Shown here: positions 55,891 to 64,000 of the stretch, piece after piece
Layout: every line of letters begins with the position of its first letter
Position numbering within the stretch: the stretch's first letter is position 1
NCBI GenBank assembly: GCA_015200025.1
Contig: CP054186.1
Span: 2,838,643 to 2,902,642 of the forward strand
DNA: 64,000 nt
Source of the DNA: Phycisphaeraceae bacterium
Lineage (GTDB): Bacteria; Planctomycetota; Phycisphaerae; Phycisphaerales; UBA1924
Direction: 5' to 3'
Made by a program: the position numbers and the translations under genes
Notes under the pieces: generated by a model
What the model was told of the DNA's origin: nothing
What the model saw: only the letters and a program-made list of their open reading frames with translations
Database searches by the model: none

Positions 55891-57423
55891 ATGCCCACCC
55901 AGGAATACCGCGAGTTGTGCCGGCTGGTCCGCGAGGCCTCCACCCTCGGCTCGGTTTCGAGCCTGCTGGGGTGGGACCAAGAGACGTACCTCCCGCCCAA
56001 GGGCGTCGCCGCCCGGGCCGAGCAGCAGGGGCTCCTCGCCGGGATCACGCACGAGCGCAAGACCCACCCGCGGGTCGGCGAACTGCTCGCCGCGTGCGAG
56101 GGCGAGGTCGGGCGGGTCATCGAGCCCGGCTCACCCGAGGCCGCCAACATCCGCGAGATGCGCCGCGACTACGACCTGGCGACGAAACTGCCCAAGGACC
56201 TCGTCGAAGAATGGGCGACGACCACCAGCAAGGCCTCGGAGGAGTGGAAGCACGCCCGCGAGAAGAGCGATTTCAAGCGGTTCGCCCCGTGGCTGGGCAA
56301 GGTCATGGACCTGGCCCGGCGCAAGGCGGCGTGCTACGGCGTCCCCGCGGGCGGCGAGGCGTACGACGCGCTGCTCAACGAGTACGAGCCGGGGATCACC
56401 GCCCGCGAGATCGAGCGGGTCTTCACGCCCCTCAAGGCCCGCCTCTCCGACCTGATCGCCCGCGTCCGGGCGTCGAAGGCCAAGGTCGGGACCAAGGTCC
56501 TCTCGGCCAAGGCCCCCCCCGACGCGCAGCAGGGTCTGGGCGAGTTCGTGCTGGGCGCGATGGGCTTTGATCTTCAGGCCGGTCGGCTCGACACGACGAC
56601 GCACCCTTTTTGCTCGGGCATCGCCCCGGGCGACACGCGCCTGACGACGCGCTACAAGGGCGAGAAGTTCACCGACGCGCTGTACGGGACGATGCACGAG
56701 ATGGGGCACGGTCTGTACGAGCAGGGGCTCCCCAAGGACGGCCCGCACGCGGGCACCCCGCTCGCCGAGGCCGTCTCCTTGGGCATCCACGAGAGCCAGA
56801 GCCGGATGTGGGAGAACTTCGTTGGTCGCGGGCGCCCGTTCTGGAAGTGGGCGCTCCCGCACGTCAAGAAGCGTCTGGGCCCCCACGCGGCGGCGCTCCG
56901 CAAGGCCTCGGTCGACGACCTCTTCCGGGCCGCGAACACCTGCACCCCGAGTTTCATCCGCGTCGAGGCCGACGAGGGCACGTACAACCTGCACGTGATG
57001 ATCCGGTTCGGGATCGAGCGGGGCCTGATGTCGGGCGGGCTGTCGGTCAAGGACGTCCCCGGGGCGTGGAACGAGGCGTACCGGTCGTCGCTGGGGCTGA
57101 AGGTGCCCGACGACCGCCGCGGGTGCCTGCAGGACGTGCACTGGAGTTTCGGGCTGATCGGGTACTTCCCGACCTACACGCTGGGGAACCTCTACGCCGC
57201 ACAGTTCTGGGAGGCGATCAACAAAAAGATCAAGGACCTGCCCGCGCGGCTCTCCAAGGGCGATTTCGCCCCGCTCAAGAAGTGGCTCGTCACCAACATC
57301 CACGCGCACGGGCGTCGCTACCGGGCCGCGGAACTCTGCGAGAAGGTCACGGGCCGCCCGCTCTCGGCCGACCCCTTGATGCGCCACCTCGAATCACGCC
57401 TGGGCGAGGTGTACGGCCTCTGA
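55891..57423 (+). CDS. M32 family metallocarboxypeptidase (Taq-like)
   Basis: HEMGHGLYEQG, GIHESQSRMWEN and IRVEADE match the family. GGAG lies 6 nt upstream of ATG 55891. Confidence 0.9.
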   Translation: MPTQEYRELCRLVREASTLGSVSSLLGWDQETYLPPKGVAARAEQQGLLAGITHERKTHPRVGELLAACEGEVGRVIEPGSPEAANIREMRRDYDLATKLPKDLVEEWATTTSKASEEWKHAREKSDFKRFAPWLGKVMDLARRKAACYGVPAGGEAYDALLNEYEPGITAREIERVFTPLKARLSDLIARVRASKAKVGTKVLSAKAPPDAQQGLGEFVLGAMGFDLQAGRLDTTTHPFCSGIAPGDTRLTTRYKGEKFTDALYGTMHEMGHGLYEQGLPKDGPHAGTPLAEAVSLGIHESQSRMWENFVGRGRPFWKWALPHVKKRLGPHAAALRKASVDDLFRAANTCTPSFIRVEADEGTYNLHVMIRFGIERGLMSGGLSVKDVPGAWNEAYRSSLGLKVPDDRRGCLQDVHWSFGLIGYFPTYTLGNLYAAQFWEAINKKIKDLPARLSKGDFAPLKKWLVTNIHAHGRRYRAAELCEKVTGRPLSADPLMRHLESRLGEVYGL

Positions 57424-57436
57424 GCGGCCCGCGGGC

Positions 57437-58615
57437 TCAGTCCAGCCAGTCCTTGGCCCTGAGCCGCTGGGGCACGTACGTCTCGGTGACGTACGAGATG
57501 TCCTTCGTGATGAGCGACTCGACCTCCATCTTGAAGCCGTTCTTCAGCATGAGGTCGATCTCCTTCTGCCAGCCCTTGTGCTCGACGAACCACGGGTAGG
57601 CGGCGATCTCCTTGGCCCTCTTGGTGTCGTTGTCGTTGAGGGCGATCTGCACGTCGTCGGAGAGCCCGCACTCGGCGTAGTCCTTGGAGCGGACGCCGAC
57701 GAACTTGGCCTCGGGGATGGCCAGCCGGTTGCTCTCGAAGGCCAGGGAGATCGAGCCCTGCTTGATGACGCTGAAGATGTAGTGCCCCCAGGGGTCGCAA
57801 TCGAGCAGGCAGTAGATGGGGAGCCCCAGCTCGGTGTTGAGGCGTTGCAGGAGCCGGCGGACACCTCGCGAAGGCTGCCCCCCGCCCTCGGTCAGGATGC
57901 AGTTGTGCTTCTGCCAGAACTTGTCCTCGTTGAACCGCCCCCAGACCGTGTCCTTCTCGACGTGGAGGACGAACTTCGCGTCGCACTTCTTGAACTGGAT
58001 CACGTCGGGCTCGACGATGCTGGGGATGGCGTAGCCCCCCGAGCCCATCCGCCGGCAGTCGATCTCGTCCCCCGTGTCGACGATCGTGATGTTCCCGATC
58101 ATCGTCCCCTTCTTTTTCGCGAAGATGTGCAGCTCCTCGCGCAGCGCCCCGAGCGAGACCTCCAGGTCCTCGAGCACCGCGTCGGACTCGTCCTGGTCCG
58201 CGAAGGTTTTCTCCTTGGTCCCCGCCACCGTGTGCAGGCCCTTGTAGAACATGCCGCGGAGGCTCAGCGTCTTCTCCGCCTCGATCAGGTCCTTGATCGA
58301 CGAGGAGTGCAGGCACGTCTGCATGAACTGCTTGGCCTGGCTCAGGTTGAACAGCTCTCGCTCCGACGACGCGTCGCCCATCCGCAGCACCCGCCGCTTG
58401 CGGTCCCAGATCGTGTTGCTCTTGGCCCGGATCGGGATCTCGATCTTGGGCTCGCGCATCGAGAGCGCGCTCGTCGAGATTCGGTCCGCCAGCTCCACGA
58501 TCTTCCCGCGCGTCCGCGCGTCCCGCTCCTTGATCCGCGCCGTCATCCCCCCACCCGCCCCACCCGCCCCACCCGCCCCACTCCCCCCGCCACTCCCCGA
58601 CGTCTTCTTCGCCAT
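57437..58615 (-). CDS. top6A: DNA topoisomerase VI subunit A (Spo11-like)
   Basis: LRGMFY provides the catalytic Tyr context. The Toprim region shows VLHVEKDTVW and LLDCDPWGHYI. A Gly-rich N-terminal tail is present. Confidence 0.9.
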   Translation of the reverse strand: MAKKTSGSGGGSGAGGAGGAGGGMTARIKERDARTRGKIVELADRISTSALSMREPKIEIPIRAKSNTIWDRKRRVLRMGDASSERELFNLSQAKQFMQTCLHSSSIKDLIEAEKTLSLRGMFYKGLHTVAGTKEKTFADQDESDAVLEDLEVSLGALREELHIFAKKKGTMIGNITIVDTGDEIDCRRMGSGGYAIPSIVEPDVIQFKKCDAKFVLHVEKDTVWGRFNEDKFWQKHNCILTEGGGQPSRGVRRLLQRLNTELGLPIYCLLDCDPWGHYIFSVIKQGSISLAFESNRLAIPEAKFVGVRSKDYAECGLSDDVQIALNDNDTKRAKEIAAYPWFVEHKGWQKEIDLMLKNGFKMEVESLITKDISYVTETYVPQRLRAKDWLD

Positions 58616-58662
58616 GCCCGATCCCTCCGCCCGGGGCCAGCGCCCCGGTCCATCTCAGCCCG

Positions 58663-60909
58663 TTAGAACAGCCCCGGCTCGTCCACCCGCACCAGCTTCC
58701 CGTCCACCAGCCTCATCCGCGGCTTGGCCCCGTGGGCGGGCCCGCTCGCCTCGGGCTTGCTCTTGGACGACGGCGGATCACCCGCCTTGGCCTTCCCCCG
58801 GCCCGCCCGCGGCGTCTCGCGCACGTCCAGCAACGCCGGCTCGTCGTCCTTGGCCAGCGACGCGACCTTGAGCCGCGCCGCCTCGGCCTTGCTCAGCACC
58901 CCGCCCGGCATCCCGCCCGGGGGGACACCCGCGGGGCCCTCCGCCGGCGTGGGGGCGACGATGATGACCCCGTCCTGGTCCGCGGGGTCCTCGTCCTTGA
59001 TCCTCTTGCCCTCGTCGTCGAGGCGCTGGTCGGCGATCGCCGTCCGCTTCTTGGCCTGCGCGAGCAACGCCTCGTACAGCCTCGACGCGTCGCTCCCGTT
59101 GATCGCGCTGAGGGCCTTGCTGATCTCCCCGATGTACTTCTGGAAGACGTCGCGCCGCTCGGCCTCGCGCTTCATCTTCGCCCGCTTCTTGAGGTACGTC
59201 CCCAGTTTCCGCCCGCACTCCATCAGCGCGAGCTTCATCTCCTTCCGCACCTCGTCGTAGTCCGCGATGGCCTCCTTGCTCTCGCTCGTGAAGGGGACCC
59301 ACACGCTCGCCATGTGGATCATGATCACCAGCGGGCCCACCGGCAGGCTCTCACGGGGCTGCTGAAGGTCGTAGTTCCGCCAGTTCGTCTCCGTCACGCT
59401 CTTGAACGACGAGCACGCCGACTGCTGGAACAGCAGCGGCACGCGGTTGGCAAACCGGATCACCCGCGCCGACTCGTCCTTGGGAAGGTCGCCCCCGAAC
59501 GCGATGGCCGCCTCGATCTGGAACGGCCGGCCCCGGTAGACCTCCGGCTCGCGCGACGACGCCGCGTAGAACTCCGCCTTCACGCCCTTGAGCATCCCCG
59601 CCAGGAGCTGCCTCACCCCGATCGGCGCCAGGCAGTCCGTCGGCGGCGGGGCCAGCTTCGCCTCCTGGAACGCCCGGAACAACGCCTCCGCCTGCGCGGG
59701 CTCGAGGTCGCTCACCTTCGTCCGGGCCGTCGCCTTGATCGTCTGGCAGAACTCCGACGCCGTCGACGACGACACCCGGCAGAACCGCTCCTGCAGGAAC
59801 TTGTAGAGCGTCCCGCCCTTCTCGGCGGCCTCGTAATCCTTGAGCATCTGGATCAGGATGCCCAGCTCGATCCCCTTGGGGTGGGGCTGGATCTCCTTGG
59901 TCTCGGGCGGCAGCTCCGCCACCCCGCGAGGGAACACCACCACACCGCCCGTCTCGGTCGTCTGCGCGGGCGACTCGGGCTCGGCGGTGACGCCCGGGGT
60001 TTCGTCCGCCGACCCCCGGCCGCGCCCCGCGCCCGCCAGCAGCGTCTCGTCCTCCGCCGCGCTCTCCCGCGAAGGCGGGACAAAGGTGATCCTCGCGTGC
60101 GGGTTGGCGATCGCCGTCAGCTCCAGGAACTCATCGACCGACCCGCGCCCTTTCTGGTACCGCCCCTCCAGCTCGACCGTCACGCTCGTCCCGGTGGGAT
60201 AGGCCCCCGCCGCGAGGAACTCCCCCCGTTGCGCCAGCTCGCGAGTCCCCGCCGTCAACCCCTTGAGCCTCGCGAGCGGGAAATCCTCGGTCTCCTCATC
60301 GACGGTCACCTCGGCCCGGTTGGTCTTGGTGTTCATCGCCAGTTCGATGTGGTGGGCCGGCTGGTCCGCGCGCGGACGCGTCTGGATCAGCATGGGCTTG
60401 CCCGTCGTGATCAGCCCGTACATCCCCGCCGCCGAGATCCCGATCCCCTGCTGCCCCCGGCTCATCTTGAGCCGGTGGAATTTGCTCCCAAAGAGCAGCC
60501 GCCCGAAGACGTTCTCGACCTGCTTGCGGACGATCCCCGGCCCGTTGTCCACCACCGTGATCCGGTACCGCGACTGCTTGACCTCCCGCCCCCGATCGGG
60601 CTGCAGGTCTTCGATGACCACCGTGATGTCCGGCAGGATCCCCGCCTCCTCGCACGCGTCGAGGCTGTTGTCCACCGCCTCCTTGACCGTCGTCAGGAGC
60701 GCCTTGCGCGGGTTGTCGAACCCCAGCAGGTGCCGGTTCTTCGCGAAAAACTCCGACACCGAGATGTCGCGCTGCTTGGCCGCCATGCTCTCGGCCGTCG
60801 CCCGCGCCGCCGTCTTCTTGCCGCTCACCTTGGTCTCACCCTCCGCCGACGGTCGCTCGGCCACTCGCGTCATGCTCCGGCCCTCCATGGCCCGCACGGC
60901 CCGTCGCAA
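58663..60909 (-). CDS. top6B: DNA topoisomerase VI subunit B (GHKL ATPase), extended form
   Basis: The Bergerat fold shows TVKEAVDNSLDACEEAG, VVDNGPGI and GQQGIGISAAGMYG. At 748 aa it has an acidic internal insert and a ~130-aa Lys/Asp/Pro-rich C-terminal tail. Confidence 0.9.
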   Translation of the reverse strand: MRRAVRAMEGRSMTRVAERPSAEGETKVSGKKTAARATAESMAAKQRDISVSEFFAKNRHLLGFDNPRKALLTTVKEAVDNSLDACEEAGILPDITVVIEDLQPDRGREVKQSRYRITVVDNGPGIVRKQVENVFGRLLFGSKFHRLKMSRGQQGIGISAAGMYGLITTGKPMLIQTRPRADQPAHHIELAMNTKTNRAEVTVDEETEDFPLARLKGLTAGTRELAQRGEFLAAGAYPTGTSVTVELEGRYQKGRGSVDEFLELTAIANPHARITFVPPSRESAAEDETLLAGAGRGRGSADETPGVTAEPESPAQTTETGGVVVFPRGVAELPPETKEIQPHPKGIELGILIQMLKDYEAAEKGGTLYKFLQERFCRVSSSTASEFCQTIKATARTKVSDLEPAQAEALFRAFQEAKLAPPPTDCLAPIGVRQLLAGMLKGVKAEFYAASSREPEVYRGRPFQIEAAIAFGGDLPKDESARVIRFANRVPLLFQQSACSSFKSVTETNWRNYDLQQPRESLPVGPLVIMIHMASVWVPFTSESKEAIADYDEVRKEMKLALMECGRKLGTYLKKRAKMKREAERRDVFQKYIGEISKALSAINGSDASRLYEALLAQAKKRTAIADQRLDDEGKRIKDEDPADQDGVIIVAPTPAEGPAGVPPGGMPGGVLSKAEAARLKVASLAKDDEPALLDVRETPRAGRGKAKAGDPPSSKSKPEASGPAHGAKPRMRLVDGKLVRVDEPGLF

Positions 60910-60946
60910 TATAGCCTTTTTCCACCCTCGAATCTCCGCCCGCCCC

Positions 60947-61573
60947 TCACGCCCGCGTCACCCACGCCAGCCACTCCGCGTTCCCCGCCCCCTTCCCGCC
61001 GCCCAAGACCGGCGACTTCGTCAGCCCCAGCACCCTCGCCCCCCACGACCCCATCCGCCCGCACACCTCCCGCGCGATCCGTTCCGCCTCCTCCTCACCC
61101 AGCACCCCGCCCCGCGGCACCACCACCCCGACCTCCCTCGCCTCGTAGTGCGGCTTGATCAGCGTCACCACCCCCACCCCCACCCCCACCCCCACCCCCA
61201 TCCCCTCGCCCTCCACCGAGCCCTCCGCGGCCGAGAGCCACCGAAGCGCCGCGGGAATCACCAGACGCTGAGGCGTCCAGCTCATGTCCGCCACCACCAG
61301 CGCCACGCCGCCCGCCGGCGGCGTGGCGTGCAGGGCGTTGGTCCGCTCCATCACCACGACCCTGGGATCGTTCCGCAGCGTCCAGGCCAGTTGCCCGTAC
61401 GCCGTGTCCACCGCGTACACCCTCGCCGCCCCGTGTTTGAGCAGGCAATCCGTGAATCCCCCCGTGCTGCACCCAAGGTCGGCGCACACCAGCCCCGCGG
61501 GGTTGATCCCCAACGCCCCAAGCCCGTGCTCGAGTTTCAACCCGCCCCGGCTGGCGTACGCCCCGCCGCTCAT
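60947..61573 (-). CDS. tlyA: TlyA-family rRNA 2'-O-methyltransferase lacking the N-terminal S4 domain
   Basis: ASRGGLKLEHGL ... CADLGCSTGGFTDCLLKHGAARVYAVDTAYGQLAWTLRNDPRVVVMERTN matches the family. It contains a (GV)5 insert. Confidence 0.8.
   Translation of the reverse strand: MSGGAYASRGGLKLEHGLGALGINPAGLVCADLGCSTGGFTDCLLKHGAARVYAVDTAYGQLAWTLRNDPRVVVMERTNALHATPPAGGVALVVADMSWTPQRLVIPAALRWLSAAEGSVEGEGMGVGVGVGVGVVTLIKPHYEAREVGVVVPRGGVLGEEEAERIAREVCGRMGSWGARVLGLTKSPVLGGGKGAGNAEWLAWVTRA
61170..61199 (-). repeat. Perfect hexanucleotide microsatellite (ACCCCC)5 on the + strand, (GGGGGT)5 on the coding strand
   Basis: Read directly from the sequence. It encodes GVGVGVGVGV inside tlyA. Confidence 0.95.
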
Positions 61574-62472
61574 CCCATCGCCGTGGGGACCCCGATGATG
61601 GCGATCCCCGCCTCGTCGGCCTTGCGGATCATCTCCCGTTTGTCCAGCATGATGACCTCACCCGCCGCCAGCGCCAGGCACCCCGCCCCGTGCTTCGCCA
61701 GGTTCTCGATCGTCCGCACCCCGACCGTCGGGACGTCGCTCCGCCGGTCGTGACCCGCCCGCGCCCCCTTGACCAGCGTCCACCCCCGCGCCCGGCACAA
61801 CCCACCGACCCGCTCGATCATCCGGTCCGTCCCCTCCACCGCCTCGACCGCCAGAACGTCCCGCTCTCGCACCGCCACCGCCTGCCCGACATCGAGCCGG
61901 AGCATCTGCTGGAGCAGCGGCCACACGAACTGGATATCGCTCCGCTGCTCCCGCGTCGGCTCCCGCCTTGTCATCACCCCCGCGTCCGCCATCGAGTCGG
62001 GGATCGGGGCCGTCGAATCCAGCAGCGATACCCCGCACCGGTCCAGCTCCAGCGCGATCGCCCCCAAGACCGCGTGGCTCCGCCGGTCGTGCCGGAGGTG
62101 CCGGTACCACGCCACCGCCGTCCGCCAGTCCGGCACGTAGCGCAGGATCCGCAGCGGATCGTGCATCAATTTGGCCTTGTCCACCTTCCCCACCATGATC
62201 GCGTGCTTGACCCCCAACCCAGACAGAATCCGTCCCCACCGCCCGACCTTCAGCAGCCCCACCTCTCGGAACGTCGAGCAGATCCCCGGCAGCACCGGGT
62301 CGTACTGACGCAGCAGCCCGAGCCCATGAACGGCGTGCCCGGCTTTCACCAACGACGTGGCGATCAGCACCGGCAACTCGCCCCCGCCGGCGATCAGACC
62401 GATCGCGGTGGGCGGCGGCGGTGGGTCCGGCAGCACGGTCAGCGAGATCGGAACAGGAGCCGCGACGCTCAT
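61570..62472 (-). CDS. lpxI: UDP-2,3-diacylglucosamine diphosphatase LpxI (DUF1009)
   Basis: IGLIAGGGELP, HAIMVGKVDK, LDVGQAVAV....VLAVEAVEGTD.MI and the terminal DVPTVG..T match the family. Its stop overlaps the tlyA start (ATGA). Confidence 0.8.
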   Translation of the reverse strand: MSVAAPVPISLTVLPDPPPPPTAIGLIAGGGELPVLIATSLVKAGHAVHGLGLLRQYDPVLPGICSTFREVGLLKVGRWGRILSGLGVKHAIMVGKVDKAKLMHDPLRILRYVPDWRTAVAWYRHLRHDRRSHAVLGAIALELDRCGVSLLDSTAPIPDSMADAGVMTRREPTREQRSDIQFVWPLLQQMLRLDVGQAVAVRERDVLAVEAVEGTDRMIERVGGLCRARGWTLVKGARAGHDRRSDVPTVGVRTIENLAKHGAGCLALAAGEVIMLDKREMIRKADEAGIAIIGVPTAMG

Positions 62473-62733
62473 CGGTCCTGAAAAACCTCCACACAGGCCC
62501 GCCCGATCGGCGTCGACTCACGCCACCACGGACCGGCCGCCCCCCATCTCCGCGACACGCGACCCACCCCGCCCATCCGAGCACGAACTTTACCGCCCCC
62601 GCCCCGCCTCCTCAACCGGCCCAACCTCCCTCTCTTGTCTATCGGACCCCGACGCCGGGCCATCCTCAAAGTTCCCACGCCGGCCTTCCGATACCGAATA
62701 TCGACCTTGCGATTGGACCGTATCGCCGTCATT

Positions 62734-62949
62734 ATGCATACAAAATACGAACAGACGATTCCTTCCGAGCCCGACCCGGCCCGGCCGTCGCTGGCCGTCT
62801 TTTTCCGCTGCTCCAACCAGTACCTCCGCGTCTTCCGCGATCCGACCGGACGTCTCTACATCGCCCGATGCCCGCGGTGCATGAAGCAGGTCCGGTTCGC
62901 CGTGGGGCCCGGGGGGACGTCGCGTCGGTTCTTCGAGGTCAGTTGTTGA
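62734..62949 (+). CDS. Small Cys-containing protein (possible zinc ribbon)
   Basis: The 71-aa sequence is MHTKYEQ...FRCSNQ...ARCPRCMKQVRF...EVSC. It sits in a locally lower-GC patch. The alternative start at 62635 gives 104 aa. Confidence 0.35.
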   Translation: MHTKYEQTIPSEPDPARPSLAVFFRCSNQYLRVFRDPTGRLYIARCPRCMKQVRFAVGPGGTSRRFFEVSC

Positions 62950-63015
62950 ACGCCCCACACCGGCGCGAGGACGCCGGGCCATCACGCCCCAACGCCGGGC
63001 TCTACACTGCCCGCG

Positions 63016-63597
63016 ATGTCCGGCCTCTCCTCGCTCTCGTTCTCGATCACCAAGCCGACCGGGCGGTGCGCCGCCACCGGGCGAGAGATCGCCCCGGGCG
63101 AGCCCTATGTCGCGGTCCTGTGCGAGTCCGAGGGGGTCGCCGAGCTCTCCCGCCTCGATTTTTCCAAAGCCGCCTGGGATTCGGGCTCACGCCCGCTCCC
63201 TCCCTTGTCGGCCTTCGCGACGTGGCGTGCCGTCCAGCCCGAGCCCAACCAGACCCGCGCCCTGCGTATGACCGACGACGAGCTGCTCGACCTCTTCGAG
63301 CAACTCGCCTCCGCCGACCAGCCCCGCCAGCGGGCCTTCCGCTACGTCCTGGCCCTCCTGCTCATCCGCCGCCGACGCCTCGTCTACGAAGGCACCGGCC
63401 ATCTCGGTCACGCTGAACACGCGAGCGGACGGGGTGATGGGGGTGGTGGGGGAGGTGGGGGAGGGGTGTTGCGTGTCCGAGTCCGCACGCCCGCGGGCGC
63501 CGCGCCCGCCCCCGTCGTCGAGATCGACGACGCCCCGATCGACCCCGACACCCTCAACGGCGTCCTCGAACAACTCAGCGAGGTCGTCGGTGGGTGA
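63016..63597 (+). CDS. Hypothetical protein with an internal poly-Gly tract
   Basis: It is an open frame with genome-typical codon bias. No motif was recognised. Confidence 0.45.
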   Translation: MSGLSSLSFSITKPTGRCAATGREIAPGEPYVAVLCESEGVAELSRLDFSKAAWDSGSRPLPPLSAFATWRAVQPEPNQTRALRMTDDELLDLFEQLASADQPRQRAFRYVLALLLIRRRRLVYEGTGHLGHAEHASGRGDGGGGGGGGGVLRVRVRTPAGAAPAPVVEIDDAPIDPDTLNGVLEQLSEVVGG

Positions 63598-64000
63598 ACC
63601 CGGCAGACCACCCACGGGCGATCGGCCCCGCCGGCGCGAAGCCCGATCGGGTCGGCGGCCTTGGGCGCTCCTGATCGCGGCCACCTTCGCCTCGATCCTC
63701 CCGGCGTGCTGTTCGCCCGACCGCCACGGGACCGTGACCTGGCCCCAGGGACGCCGCCCGATCCCGCAGGAACCCCCGCCGGCCTACGAGACCCTCGTCA
63801 CGGCGTACAACCGCCGGGTGCAGCGGCTCGAACGGTTCTGGACCCCGGTGGACCTCCGCCTCAAGGGCGTCGACCGCGACGGTAAGCCCATCGACGAGGA
63901 CGCCGGCGGGTACCTCCAGCACGTCCGACCGACCCGCGTGGCCCTCTCGGTCAACAAACTCGAGAAAACATACTTCTACCTCGGCGCCAACGAATCGTCC
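63590..64000 (+). CDS. Putative lipoprotein, 3' end outside the window (absent from the ORF track)
   Basis: A frame with high GC3 is open from GTG 63590 to the window end. The signal and lipobox are RRPWALLIAATFASILPAC-CS. The start overlaps the stop of the preceding gene. Confidence 0.5.
   Translation, partial: MGEPGRPPTGDRPRRREARSGRRPWALLIAATFASILPACCSPDRHGTVTWPQGRRPIPQEPPPAYETLVTAYNRRVQRLERFWTPVDLRLKGVDRDGKPIDEDAGGYLQHVRPTRVALSVNKLEKTYFYLGANESS

Overview
This is a high-GC bacterial chromosomal segment, about 68-77% GC in hand-counted 60-nt lines of core genes. The gene content suggests Planctomycetota, but that is inference only: a DUF1559 prepilin-like protein, very large TPR and PQQ-propeller secreted proteins, Pro/Gly low-complexity tails, and a bacterial Topo VI. 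Most of the window is housekeeping: purD, rnpB, nusA-infB-DUF503-rbfA, yebC, nth, an S41 protease, pdhA, nadA, tsaB, an HU/IHF protein, heptose-LPS genes, an M32 carboxypeptidase, and an lpxI-tlyA-top6B-top6A operon. It also carries three tRNAs (initiator Met, Arg-CCG, Ala-GGC). Two stretches look accessory. (1) nt 1-8100 is a lower-GC island (about 60-62%) that abuts the 3' end of the initiator tRNA. It carries a 5'-truncated MmeI/PglX-like N6-adenine methyltransferase translationally coupled to a coiled-coil ABC/SMC-like ATPase, plus a DUF2924 / large serine recombinase / ParB-HTH cassette. This gene pair is the best candidate for an undescribed defence-type module, but its upstream part lies outside the window. 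(2) nt 28375-31300 encodes a secreted FG-GAP/dockerin-like repeat protein with a lower-GC C-terminal domain, followed by two tandem paralogous small membrane proteins, a layout resembling polymorphic toxin plus immunity genes. A C11 homopolymer separates this protein's promoter, RBS and ATG from the main ORF by one nucleotide. G-rich simple repeats recur throughout the window. Most very long ORFs in the six-frame track are antisense shadow ORFs typical of high-GC DNA and were rejected.
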